The position numbers and the translations under genes were made by a program. A stretch of DNA of 63,509 nt, counting the filler, from Kipferlia bialata (taxonomy: Eukaryota), in assembly GCA_003568945.1 (NCBI GenBank). It is 4 parts of 4 records of this genome, joined end to end, with 100 filler letters (N's around TTAATTAATTAA, not from the genome) between each part and the next. Parts side by side here need not be neighbours in the genome. Positions count along the whole stretch, not along the records: positions 31,009 to 44,916 come from BDIP01000474.1; positions 45,017 to 63,509 come from BDIP01000475.1; 2 more parts are not named here. One strand, given 5' to 3'. Shown piece by piece: positions 37,927 to 50,867 of this stretch (the first letter of the stretch is position 1; every line of letters starts with the position of its first letter). Below the pieces are notes generated by a model. The model ran no database searches and had not been told where the DNA came from. It was given only the letters and a program-made list of their open reading frames with translations.

Positions 37927-40900
37927 TCACCGCTTGAGGATATCAGCGATGGTGGCGTTTGTGGTAGTCTTGGCCGACTGGGAACTCATACCGAGACCCC
38001 CCATCTTAGCTATCAGTGACTGCATGCCATCGGCCTCTGTCCCCACAGGTGCAGACCCAGGGGGAGACAGGCTGGTCTTTGCAGGCCTGGGTGGTGCTTT
38101 CGGTGCAACACTGGATGTCTCAGGGACACGTGGCCTAGCATCACCCCCTCTGGTTTCTCTAGAGTCTCTCGCAGGGGGTCTAGGTGGGGCACGAGGCTGG
38201 GCCTTTGGTGCACCACTCGATACACTACTAGAGGTGGGTCTAGGTGGAGCAGTCGGCTTCTGGACTACCCTATTGGGCTCAACCATGCCACTTCTCTCAG
38301 CCCTACTCAGCTCTCTGATGCCACGCAGCATAGCCCAACTCTCCCTACTCTCCCACCCAGACACATTTCCTACCACCACCAAGGCCTTCCTCGCTCTAGA
38401 CAGGGCCACCACCACCCTAGCACTCTCGCAGCTGAAGGCCGTAGGGGTAGGGGAGCAGAGGGAGAGGATGATTGCATCCGCCTCCAGGCCCTGGTACTCA
38501 TCGATGGTGGCAGCCCTCACCTCCTTAGTGTCCACACCCGCTGAAGATAGCATGCGGGACACAAGTCTGGCCTGCTTGCGGTATGGAGATAGGACAGTCA
38601 CCGATGATATCCACCCATCCTTGCTAGTCAGGATGGTCTCCACCAGTGCCACACACTCTCTTGCCTCCTGTTCATTCTCCTCCCTGCACCCGTTCCTCCC
38701 CTGTCTGATCCTTATACAGCTGACAGGGGGCAGAACCCTGGACCCACGTCTCTCCATCTTGCCTCTGGCTCTCTCCATCTCACCCACCCTGCCCCCGTCT
38801 CTGATTCTGGCAGGCACCTGACCCAGGGACACCAGGAGAGGGGTGTAGGTGTCACGCCACGTGTCTGCCAGCTCAGGAACTGCCCTACACTGTGTATCAA
38901 GTACAGTGACTGGGGCACGGGAGGCTACTAATCTGGGGGTAGGAGGTGGTGTACGATACATATACTATCAACAACAGGTGCTTGAAGCAAGTAGAGTGAT
39001 CTGGTTATCCCTTACCTGTGCAGCAGACTGAAGGACGCCCTAGCCCTACAGGCCAGAGAGGCATCCCTAATCAGAGGGGGTAGCTGAAGAGGGTCGCCTG
39101 GGGTAAAGTGGGGGGGGTCATGTACACGAGGTATGGTGATACTATAGCATGGTTGTGATCTATCAATATTATGTACCTAGTAGAAGGGTGTGCTTGGCAC
39201 ATGCTGACAACAGAGGCACAAGCTCGAGCTCTGGTATTCTGGCAGCCTCCTCTATGATCATGAGAGAGGGAGGACATCTGCTGTTGAGCAGACCACATAC
39301 AGACAGAGAGGAGACGGTACCGGCCATGAGACTGACCCTGTCGGCAACGTGCTTCCTAAATGCCCCTCTTCCCTTGCCTAGTAGGTTGAGAGTGGCCCTA
39401 GCCATATGGGCATCCTCAGGGGAGCAGCTAGGCAGGGGTTTGGCTGTTCGGAAGGGAGAGAGGTCGTCGAAGGGGTGGGACCGGTTGACTGAGAGGTGGC
39501 CTGTGTATGGCTCTAGGTCGTCCAGCACGGCCCCGACCCATGCCTCCTCAGACTGGGGGTGGATACCGCTCTCCCTCGTCTGTCTCCAGCCCCCACCTAC
39601 CCTCAGGGCACTCACCCCAGACAGCCCCATCACACTCTCTAGCATATGGTCCACAGCCCTGTTGGAGTGGGCACATAGGACTAAGGGGCCTCGGTTGGAG
39701 TGCCGCAGGGGTTCTCTCAGCAGGTCCCTGAGCCCTGGCCCCCCTGGTCTGGCCTGTGCCCTGAGGTATAGGGCAGATAGGGTGGCTGCAGTGAATGTCT
39801 TGCCACACCCAGGGGGGCCAACAATGACAGAGACGGGGTAGTGGAGAGCACGCACAATGGAGGCAACCTTAGTATGAGACCGTTAATGTATATATTGCAC
39901 ATCGGAGGTGGAGTTGATGATAAAGAACACGGAGAAGAGACGAAACAATGGGTCTACTAACCTGTGCCCCTGTGAGTGCGGGTGCCGAGGGCTCAGGGGG
40001 AGGCACTGTGACACCCAGGGTGGGCCCTCCCTTGATAGATAGGGTGGCCATCCGGTGGGTCCCTCCCTCTGCTGGTCCTGTGGACAGAGACACCTGGGAG
40101 GAGCGGGCACCCCTTCCCCCCCTTTCTACCCCTGCCTCTATGGCTACAAGACCCTCAGACAGTGGACCGACACCGGTACCAGGCATAAGGGGAGAGAGGG
40201 AGAGAGAGAGGGGGCTTGGGTCGGGTGTAACCTCTGGGGAGTAGAGCCAGGCCGGCAGGGGAGGAGGTGAGGACGCAAAGCCTCTAGTCAAGAGCAGTGT
40301 ACGCACATGGTTGTGGAAGAATGGGGGCATGATACCCACGTAGTATGCGTTCCCACTACCACCCCCGTCCTCCCTCCTGCTCTCTATCTTTCTGATCATC
40401 CTCTCACACTCCACATCGTGTGGGGCAGCGGGTGACAGGGAGACAGACAAGTCGAATGAGTCAGCATGCCTCTCCCTTTCCCACTTGCTTGTAGCTAGAC
40501 CTATACCACTCACAAGGCCGTCACTGTCGGTGCTGACAATCACTACATACCCGTCTCTCTCTCTCTCCCTCGGGTGGCCCCTGCCTCTCCCCCTCTCCCC
40601 CTCTCCCTCCTGGTACAGTCTCTCCACACAGAAGGTGTCACCTATGCGATCTGTGATCCTAAGGGGTAAGGGAGCAGTATGTTCATCCGTACACCTTCAC
40701 AGGATTACTTCCCCATTCACACCATATACATACTCATGGATTGGTACCCACCTGTGCCACTTCTCCGTGCTCCTCATAGCCGTACTGCCAACGTCGGAGT
40801 CAAGTTCCATGCCCCTCTCCCTCTCTCTCTCCCTCTGCTCCTCTCCCCCACTTGTCCACCCAGACAGTGCGTCTGAGAGAGTGTCTGTGGCAAATAGGAC

Positions 40901-42772
40901 ACTAGCCAGCTCTCCCATCACCCTGCAGTATAGGGCAGGGGAGGAGGGACCCGATATGGAGAGTAAGGGGAGTCTAGAGGCATAGTGCTGACGCAGAAGG
41001 GTGGGGGAGAGGATGGTAGAGGAAGAGGCCACGATGGTGCTGTCTGCGCCCTGCCCTCTGTCTCTCTCTCCCTGACCCTCTGCCTGTGCCATTGAGTCAG
41101 CTAGGACCAGCAGTTCAGTACTGGGGTAAGGACAGATGCATGCCAAGACAGTACTAATACAATGGTATATGATACACCCACCTCAGCACCCCCCCCTCCC
41201 CTGTGTGTCCATAGGCCACGGCCTGTGTCCTTAGCACCTTGGACAGGGGGTGACTGGCCCCAGCTACAGCCTTAGATAGAGACCCATCTGCGGCATCAGC
41301 CTGGCCCAGGGACACTAACAAGGCACGCACAGTGGCCACTAGTACCCTATGTGATACAGGTGCAACGAGAGAGGTACCAGAGGGAGACTCGGGCAGCGGG
41401 GATGGCTTCGCACTTGCCCTCACTGCTGGTTCCACCAGCTGTCTGAGTAGGAACTCATAGAGAACCCCATCCCTCTCCTTCTTCACAGTACGTGTCTCTA
41501 TGCCTGTCTGATCGGCATAGTACCTTGTCCAGTTGGCCCCTAGCACACCACACACATCCCTAGCAATGTCCTGGGAGGGGTGGTGTGGGGTGTCTGTGGC
41601 ATTGTCAGACATGACAGGGGCTGGAACAAAGGGAGCAGCGGAGAGAACAGACTCGAGGAGAGTGGCACTGACAAGTCTGGGTCAGAGGGAGAGAGAGAGA
41701 GAGAGAGGACAAAAGCACTATACTATAATCTACCAAATACCCACCTGAGAGTTGGTGTGGCCAGGAATATACCCTTCCCTGGCCTGCCGCTGTGCCTGCA
41801 TGCAAAGGCAGCCCCTAACAGGGCAAGAGCAACGGCATCTCCGAAGGGTGAGGGGGGTACCTCCCTATCACCCAGTGCCCTACCATGCTCTGATGCACTT
41901 GGAGACACATCTCCCAGGAGGTCCACGGGGTCCCTCCCTTCCCCTGCTGGGTGTACTAGGTATAGACATGCTTTGCAGAGGGTGTGGGAGACACAGGCTA
42001 TGGCAGTACAGAGACCAGTCCCACTGAGGGAAGAGAAGGGACCATCTTGGGAGGGAGACTCACCGGAGTCAAGCCGCCTCTGCCTCAACAACACCTTGAG
42101 ACACATGGACAGTTCACTGATGCATGTGCTGAGGTGTCTGTCGGCCAGACAGAAGACAACATCTGATGAGGAACGGGACTGGACTCTATCGGTGGGAGGG
42201 AAGACGGGGGGCCACGTGCTACGCTGACGACTAGTGTTAGAGAGGTAAGGAGGGATGAGGAGAAGGGAATATAGAAGGGAGAGTGGGAGAGAGAAGAGAC
42301 ATGGAAGAAGAGAGGAAGAACACAGTAGAGAGAGAGATATATATATTGAAGATGTGTGATTGAGGGGGAGTACCTATCAAACTCTGTCCACATTGTGGTT
42401 GTTCTGAATCCCTTGATCTGGGATGCCTAGTGAGTGAGTGAGGGCGGTACCTATGATGACAGCGGTATTGACTGTATGTCGGAGACCTCTCTTATACTAC
42501 ACAGACAACCACTCACCACGCCTCCGACATCTCTGCTGGCAAGGCCAAGCGCACTAGCCACTGCCTGTTTGAATCCAGTGGGGTCCTGGTATCAGTGACA
42601 TCATATACAGAGAGGGGGGAGGATCGCGTACCCAAATGACGAATCACTATACACCCACCTCCATGGCTGTCACTGCATAGAGACTGAACAGGCCTAGGGT
42701 GGCATTGACACCACTACCAAGGGCAGCGTCCCCAGCACTGTCCCTGACCCATCCTGTGAGACTGCTAGCCAT
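37927..42772 (-). CDS. AQR: Aquarius (IBP160)-like SF1 Upf1-family RNA helicase
   Basis: Motifs VIVGPPGCGKT, AHSNRAVD, IIEEAARIPELELVPLL, GDPLQLPP(15 aa)SLL(12 aa)LDTQCRA, NEQEA, LSPYRKQ, TIDEYQGLEAD and VVALSRAR. The EEAA..E.E..PLL and LDxQxRA motifs and their spacing fit Aquarius (from memory: MEEAAQILEIETFIPLL; QLPP-15-SLF-12-LDAQGRA). Probable ATG at 42772. Confidence 0.72.
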
Positions 42773-43089
42773 ACAGGATGTAGAGAGAGAGACATTGTGA
42801 CTCACAATGTGAGTGTCCGATTCTTGACCCTCAATCAATGACCCATTTCATTGCTCATTCACTCTCTTTGCCTGATGAAGATCGGGGTCAGTAGTGGATC
42901 TCAATACCAGATGATAGGACAGCAGGCCAAGAGGACTGCTATTGTAGGTCAGACAGATGTATCTGAGGGATAGGTTCCCTTATGAAGACCATACCTATAT
43001 TGAAACAGTGTCACACATATCGATATGCTAACGTGTCTCTCGGTTCACTGGATGCACCATGTACTCCCTTAGCATTCATACTCACTCAG

Positions 43090-43306
43090 GTGCGGCGTAT
43101 GCCCTGCTCTACGGTCTCTTGTGCCTGCAGGTTAGTGTATGTTGAGTATAGAATTTGGTGCACTGTCTATTGTACGATATGTTGGAGTGGTCTTGAACAT
43201 ATCATCCCCTCACTCACTCCAGGGAGCTAACTACAACCCCTGCCTGGCTCTTGTCGCCACTACATTCCCTGAGGCCCCCGATGCTCTGATATCCCTGTCC
43301 TCCACA
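43090..43306 (+). CDS. Two exons of a hydrophobic, possibly membrane/MFS-like protein, truncated at a poly-G tract
   Basis: ctcactcag|AAYALLYGLLCLQ|gttagt and ctcactccag|GANYNPCLALVATTFPEAPDALISLSST|gtatgt join in phase. Confidence 0.4.
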
Positions 43307-43377
43307 TGTATGTATTCAATTGTGTATGGTTAGTGATGATTATAGGGGGGGGGGGGGGGGGGGGAGGGAGGGGGGGG

Positions 43378-43432
<55 letters not shown>

Positions 43433-43844
43433 AGTGGAGGGAGAGAATGGCTATGAACCATACTACACTCCGCCATACCATGAGTGTGCGATAGAGAGAA
43501 CATGTATACCGTATAGAGACAGAGAGAGAGAGAGAGAGAGAGAGGTGTTAAGCCGCGAAGTGCATATCATTCACAATGAGAGAGTCCACTCTCACAAGAG
43601 CACACTATGAAAGATAGGAACACCTACATATGCATATAGAGACATGTAGTGAGAGACACGGCCAACGAGTGTCTCTAGGGGTATGACAAGGCAGAGTATA
43701 CACAGAAGACACCATCATACACCCTCGACTCTCTCTCCTCCCAACGTATAACCATAGTATATACGGTACTCTACCATGTTATGCTTAGATGTACCATAAC
43801 TTCATAATATCATACATTACCTTGATGGTTGTAGTCTCTGGTGC

Positions 43845-43886
<42 letters not shown>

Positions 43887-44916
43887 CGCTCGCTCGCTCT
43901 CGCACACTAATGGCGTGCTCCCCTATCACTCGTACACAACTACCCGCTCGCTCACTACGATACCAGGCTCTCAGGTGCAGATCCGGGTTCTGGCGCCTCT
44001 GAAGTGCAAGTTGCGGCAAAAGGAAGTAACATGGTTTTTGGAACCTAGCCCCTTATACCATTCTCTTCGAGATTTGAATCGGAGACAAGCTCTGCACTCA
44101 TTGAAGGGGTTTACTCCAATAAATCGTCTCTCTCTCTCTCTCTCTCATTGACTTGTGTCCCTCTGAGTCCCTGTCAAATGCCAGCTAGAGAGAATCAGTG
44201 CTCAGCGTGTCCCATAGACAAGGAGAACAGCAGGGGTGAGAGAGTATTGATTCTTTAGGCAACCTGCTAGTATGCCGTCTACACGCTATCACTCACCCAG
44301 CGATATCCACATTGACACTAATGTAACATTAGTAATGTTGACTGATGTTGACTATTGTTGACTATTGTTGAAGGTGTACACACAGATAACAAGGTACGAC
44401 AGTATTATGAGATTTGGGCCCCGATCAATCCATTCAGAGACATCTTGTTCTTTCGCTACTATGGTGCACCACAGAGACATTTCAATATACTCCCAGAAAC
44501 CAAAGGAACCAACGCTGGGAGAAGCCAGGCTCGCTGCAGCCTCTATCTGATGAGAATAGAAATAGAAAGAATAATACGAGGACAGGGGAGCAGAGAACTG
44601 ATCCATACTACTCTTAACTATAGAGATATAACTGAATTTATGTGCTAACTGACAAGGTAATGTAATACAATAAATATATCATTGAATAGTTGTAAGACTT
44701 GCACATTCACAGTTACAGGTCCACTTTTGATGTATTAGTCACGCCAGCCCACAGTATTCTACCATACTTACCATTGGTAAGTTACCAACATTCACATCAG
44801 AGGCTGTTCTTCATGACCATAGGGTGGTTGGGAATAGGGTTTCAAAAATATAGTAAAATGCTAATTCTATATAGAAATGAGCTGAGTCTGCAATAAGGGT
44901 GTAGTAGAATCACCCA

Positions 44917-45016
44917 NNNNNNNNNNNNNNNNNNNNNNNNNNNNNNNNNNNNNNNNNNNNTTAATTAATTAANNNNNNNNNNNNNNNNNNNNNNNNNNNN
45001 NNNNNNNNNNNNNNNN
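44917..45016. other. Artificial contig linker
   Basis: N run + TTAATTAATTAA (44961-44972) + N run. Confidence 0.95.
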
Positions 45017-45053
<37 letters not shown>

Positions 45054-45069
45054 TACACCCTTATATCAG

Positions 45070-45400
45070 CTGCTGCCCATGACATTGAGCATACTGGAGT
45101 GAGCTCAGATCTGCTTACAAACGTCAGGTATTGAGATAGAGAGAGAGATATAGAGAGATGATTACAAACGTCAGGTTAGAACGAGTAGAAAAAGTGATAA
45201 AGTCAGCGTTTCATATTAGTAATACGACTGTATCGTGACACTTTAACCCTCAGACACCCCCTGTACCTTGTATACACATTCATTTCTAGTATGTCACTGA
45301 GGTATACTCTAACCCTCAGACACCCCCTGTACCACCTGTTTGGCAGCACATCCACCTTTGAGAAGTTCCACTGCATGCTTGGACTCTTCACACTGAGGTG

Positions 45401-45438
<38 letters not shown>

Positions 45439-46210
45439 CTCTCTCTCCCACACCATACCCTTAATCTTGGGAACATCGGTGTGTTTGACACCATGCCCTA
45501 TGACATCTCTCTCTCTCTCTCTCTTACTCTCTCTCTTATACTTATTCCCAGGTACTATACATTTCCCTATGACAAGAGTGACCTCTCTCTCTCTCCCTGA
45601 ACCCTTATTCCCAGGTACTACAGTGTGTTTGACACCATGCCCTCCAACGAGAGCAACTACTGCCAGGCCCTCTTTGAGACACTAGTCCTGGCCACAGACC
45701 CCAAGGTATAGTATATATAGTATATATATATATATAGTATATATATATATATACGTATATACTGCCACTGACCCCAAGGTATAGTTGCACGACTAATACT
45801 AGGACAAATTCTATCAAGTGTTAGTATCAGTATCAGTATCAGTATCAGTGTCTATACGAGTACCCCAAGGTGGAGAGGACTCTGCTACCGAGTTGTATTG
45901 GCACTTGTACATTGAATATATGTCTGCTCTCTCACCATATCGTGTGTCGTCAAGCGTGAAGGAACTCTTACAGTATATCCCGGGTACCTACTATCAATGT
46001 ATATGTTAGAATCTCACCCCAGAGTGTCTTCTCCAGTATGGATATCTATGCATATACACAAATATATATATATGTGAATATATATACATATATGTACATT
46101 TATGTTTGTACCTCCCCCCAGAGTATGTTCTCCAGTGTGGATGAGATGGCACTACTATATATACAATATATATATATATATACTATATATACTATATATA
46201 CTATATATGC

Positions 46211-46246
<36 letters not shown>

Positions 46247-46354
46247 ACATACATATGTATGTATCTCACCCCAGAGTGTCTTTACCAGTATGGATGAGAT
46301 GGCACTACTATATATACAATATATATTTATATATACTATATATACTATATATGC

Positions 46355-46396
<42 letters not shown>

Positions 46397-48583
46397 ACAT
46401 ACATATGTGTATATCTCACCCCAGAGTGTCTTTACCAGTATGGATGAGATGGATATCTATGCACATATATATCTATACATATATATATCTATATCTATAT
46501 ATATATAGTATGTATCTCACCCCAGAGTGTGTTCTCCAGTATGGATGAGATGGCAGCTCTAAGGGTGGAACAGGGGGGTACGGTGTGATCTACTATAGGA
46601 TAGTATAGTATATATAGTACTATATAGTTCTATGTTTACATATACCCTTAAATGTGAGTAAGTGTTCTATCTGAATTTAGGGTGGAACAGGGGGATACGG
46701 GGTGATCTATACACTATTACTGTCAATGTATACATTTAGATACGTATGTATTGGTGAACTATGGTGGCATACTATATGAGTGACCAGGGGGGGTACGGTG
46801 TGAGCTTCATGACATTATTACCAATACAGTTATGTATATATAGGCATATGCGTACAGGTGATCTATCAGTGCTGAGCCCTAAGAGTGGAACAGAGGGTAC
46901 CATATTGAGCTGAACTACATGGTATATATTTCTTCTCCTCTATGTTTGCTTGTCTTTATAGACTGAAACACTAACCCACCAGCTACCACTTCAGTTACAT
47001 TAATTACCTATGACCTCAGTATATATATGTATATATACATATATATCCACTAGCCGTCTCTTGAAATACTCAGATAAGACGTATCACTAACCCACCAGCT
47101 ACCACTTCAGAGCTACAGGCCAGCCTTCTCACCTCCATCATCAGAATGGCAGACATATCAAACGCATCAAGGCCATTTGTTGTTGCAAGGTACGTATTCA
47201 TGTATATACATATAGTATAGCTTATAACTGATTGTGTATGTACTCTAATCTGCAGTGTACTTACTGGTAGTTAATCCTCAGTTTCAGGACCCGCTCTTTC
47301 TTAGTACTTGGACGTTTTGATATGGATTATTATGTAATATCTACACTCCAGGACTCACCCACAGGACCCACTCTCTGAATATGATGAGGGAGTTCTATAT
47401 ATAATATATCAATGNNNNNNNNNNNNNNNNNNNNNNNNNNNNNNNNNNNNNNNNNNNNNNNNNNNNNNNNNNNNAACTATTTCTACTATTGAACAGTCTG
47501 TTCTACTCCTCACACAGGACCCACTCTCTCAATGTCATGAGGGAGTTCTTCAAGACAGGCGACATCGAGGTATTTGTTGTTTCTTTGTTGATTGACAGTT
47601 GTTTATATGTTGATTGGGACACTGAGTAATGATTGTCTCTAATGATTATTTCTATATGGCATAATGGAGTTCTTTAAGACAGGCGACATCGAGGTATATT
47701 GTTTCATCTCTACTATTTATTGTTTCTATTCAGTAAGTACTCTCTGTTGTTTCTATTCAGTTTCTACTCTCTATCATAACCATTCAGTTTCTCTCTACTC
47801 GCTCCCTCTAAACATTAATCCTTTAGATTAGATTAGATTAATCCTTTGGCCTGGAGATGGGTGCCTTTAGAGATAGGTCAAAGGGTGTTGTGGAGATCAG
47901 AAAGTGCCAGGTATCCACCTCTATCATTTCGTCTTCCTATTTCTTTGCAATGTATGATTACTCACTCACTCCTTCAGACCTCCTTCGTCGACTATGTACC
48001 TATGCTGGTTCTTGCACAGTGATTCAACTTACTATATATTCATTTATAGCATATCTATTATTGTGTCTCACTCACTCCTTCAGACCTCCTTCATTGACTA
48101 TGTTGTGAGACCGTTCGCCGTGTCCTTCAGAGACTATGCCTCCTATATAGAGACGGATGGTGGCAGTGGTGAGTATGTAGGGGGTGCTGCACCAGATGTC
48201 ACTAGCTCTGACTGTGACAGCAGTGAGGGAGAGAGTGAGAGTGGGGGTACTGACACCCATGGGGTAACACACTCCTTGTCCAGTCTGCTGGACTCGATGG
48301 TTGGGGTCATGGAGCAGAACAAGGTACTGTACTGTTGACATGTATGTCACTTCTATCTCTTACAGAGAGTGACCAATGAATTTGTGAGTATTGTACATAT
48401 GATGACAATATCTTCACACTCACACACCAGGAATGGTGGTGTTGGAATACCACTTCAATATATATTACATATGTATATGTATACCGATATACATTTGTGT
48501 TTGTACTCACATCCCAGGAGCTGTGGTGTAGTATAGAGGCTGAGGACGCTGATATCATTGCTTGCCTTGACCTATCCGTCTAG
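45070..48583 (+). CDS. Class I 3',5'-cyclic nucleotide phosphodiesterase, C-terminal part of the catalytic domain
   Basis: AAHDIEHTG, HPLYHLFGSTSTFEKFH, LVLATDP, IIRMADISNASRPF, MREFFKTGDIE, KCQ|TSFIDYVVRPF and NK|ELW are PDEase_I motifs in order; stop TAG at 48581-48583. Confidence 0.9.
46014..46552 (+). repeat. Five tandem copies of acceptor + exon start (CTCACCCCAG|AGTGTSTTY.CCAGTATGGAT) separated by microsatellite
   Basis: Copies start near 46014, 46113, 46264, 46413 and 46512; only the last continues into a full exon. Confidence 0.85.
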
Positions 48584-48899
48584 ATCAGTGTAAGTTGAAT
48601 GGATCGTTGTACCATTCGCAATTAGAGTCCAGATCAATGTGACTTGGACGTAGATAGAGAGTTGTACTGTCTCATTTTGACAGTGTATCTCTCACCCATA
48701 TACTTTTGTAATTTTATGTCATCTAGAGACTGTATCACCTTTATGATACCAGTTAGAGAGACATCGTACGCCATCTATGAATAGATTATATGTCGTGGAC
48801 TGATGTCCAGTTGGTCACTGAATTACAGTCATTCAATGACTCATTTTCTGGAATTTCTCATTCTTGAATTCAATCGACATTCAATCGACACATTTTCAA

Positions 48900-50867
48900 G
48901 GGATGAGGGGTCTCTGCAACATATGGCTACTTAAGCATCTCCTGTCTTCTGCATAATGACCTGAGGGTCAGACTGGTGTATGTACATGTTATAGTATTAT
49001 TACGACTCATTGATCAGCTGCCCCTTGGAAAGTAAGAAAGAATAGATCTCATTATTACATGGTCCATGTACGTACCTCTCTGACATCTTCCACTGACTCT
49101 CTGGTGTCCCATGGCATGGAGCGCACAGGGCCCTATGAGTGAGTGCTAATGTAAACAATGATCATTGTAGTCTGGGACTCACGTTCTGTACTTCTGAAGT
49201 ACAATACTTCAGTACTCAGAGTGTATTTGGTCATTGGTCATTAAGTCATAGCAGTACGAACCTTGTGTCTCCTCCATGACCCACCTCTGGGGTGATACGT
49301 CCAGACACACCTGTGTGATCAGCAACTCTGATTCATCCTATTACTAATGGACACATACTTGACTACTTCCTTCTTGGGTCTCGAGTATACCCTCAGAGGT
49401 TAGCTGAATAGGTCCCCACCTCACAGACGGATCAGCCATGTCTGTCCCTGAGAGATAGAGAGTGCCCCTATCCTCACGTGCCTGGCAGTGTGAGTGTATG
49501 TATATACATACACTATGTACGCTGTGTTCTGTGGTATATTGAATGGGCCATTTATAGTGTCAGGCTGACATTGTCAGCACCTCCTTGACCCACATAGGTG
49601 GTGGACTGTGCATCGTTATGTCTAAGGTGTGCCAGCTGATGGTTAAGAGACAAGAGATACAGTTGCACAATGAAGGTGGTGGGAAGTAGTACGTCTCGCC
49701 GAAACACGTCCCTCGTCTATGAATACATACAAGGTGGCGTATGTATTCACATATTATCCAGTGAGTGACCATTACTAATACCTCCTCTTCTGGATGCTGT
49801 ATACAAACACGTCTGTGTTCACCGTCTGGGAGTGATAGCGCTTGTTGATGCCACCACACACGTAGACACAGCTGCGCACCCTGGGTGTGAGAGGTCAAGT
49901 GTCACTAACTGATAAGATATCACACTATACTGTCTAATTGATTGCCACTCTGGGGGTGAGAGTCAGGTATTGTAATAGCAGGGGTATATTTCTAAGAAAT
50001 TGACGAGTCTTAGAGAGAGCACTGTTTATGAGTCGTATAATATGACCCTCACCTCACTGTGAAGAAGTCTGTCAGAGTTGATCATGTATATGATGGGTCA
50101 TATAGAGAAATTCTCTAAGAGAACACTGCATTATATACGATTCATTTGGGTGTCGTATACTATGACCCTGTGAAGAAGTCTGTCAGAGTTGATCATATGT
50201 AAATATTTGACAAATGTATTATATCTGTGCCTTATAGAGAACACTGCATTGCATATGATTCATATGTACTACAGATTATGTAGAGCGTGCCATATGATAC
50301 GGCCCTTACGGTTAGGGCCTTACCTCACTGTGAAGAAGTCTGTCAGAGTGGATGGGACAGGGCACTCGTGATCAATAACCTGGGGTGGGAGGGAATATTC
50401 ATCATATATCCAACACAGGTACACACACATATGTATACAACGCTCTTCCCTTCTCTATGAATGTCCCATCGTACAGCCTAGTGATGTGCACACACAGCCT
50501 GACACCCCAGTGCGTGGCTATCAACAGGGCATGGCGGGGGCCAATCTGCACCAGGGCCTGTGTTTAGAGACCAAGAATACTACTTAAAGATAGATTGGTG
50601 AATTGTGTGAGACTGAGCGAGACTGAGAGTATATAGTTTACTCTCTACATAGTCCGCCGATATTCAGCGGTGTTGTGCAATAGAGTATATTCCACTGTAC
50701 ATGTGAATGTGTGGCCGGAGTACCAATAACACTATATAGTTAGTATAGTGTATACACTGTCAGTGAGTGATATATACCTGTGGATGCGTGGCCGGGTGTG
50801 CGTGTGTGATACGTGAGACATCAAGGAGAGAGTAGGCAGAGAGAGGGCCGGTATCTGTGTGTGTCAT
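48900..50867 (-). pseudogene. Degenerate kelch-like gene
   Basis: ATG at 50867 (MTHTDTGPLSAYSLLD). Exons include ALVQIGPRHALLI, VRSCVYVCGGINKRYHSQTVNTDVFVYSIQKR|SWHTL and VWTYHPRGGSW. One donor looks missing or mutated (AAG|ggaaga, about 50450), and there is a stop or frameshift near 49560. Confidence 0.45.

Noticed and set aside
37934..38821. 295-aa plus-strand ORF
   Set aside because: It is the antisense shadow of the GC-rich last exon of the helicase.
43432..44916. Short ORFs after the poly-G tract
   Set aside because: No recognisable motifs and no consistent exon chain.
47826..47850. TAA read as Gln (hexamitid-type genetic code)
   Set aside because: Other genes here end cleanly at TAA or TAG and use CAG/CAA for Gln; the site looks like a local duplication.
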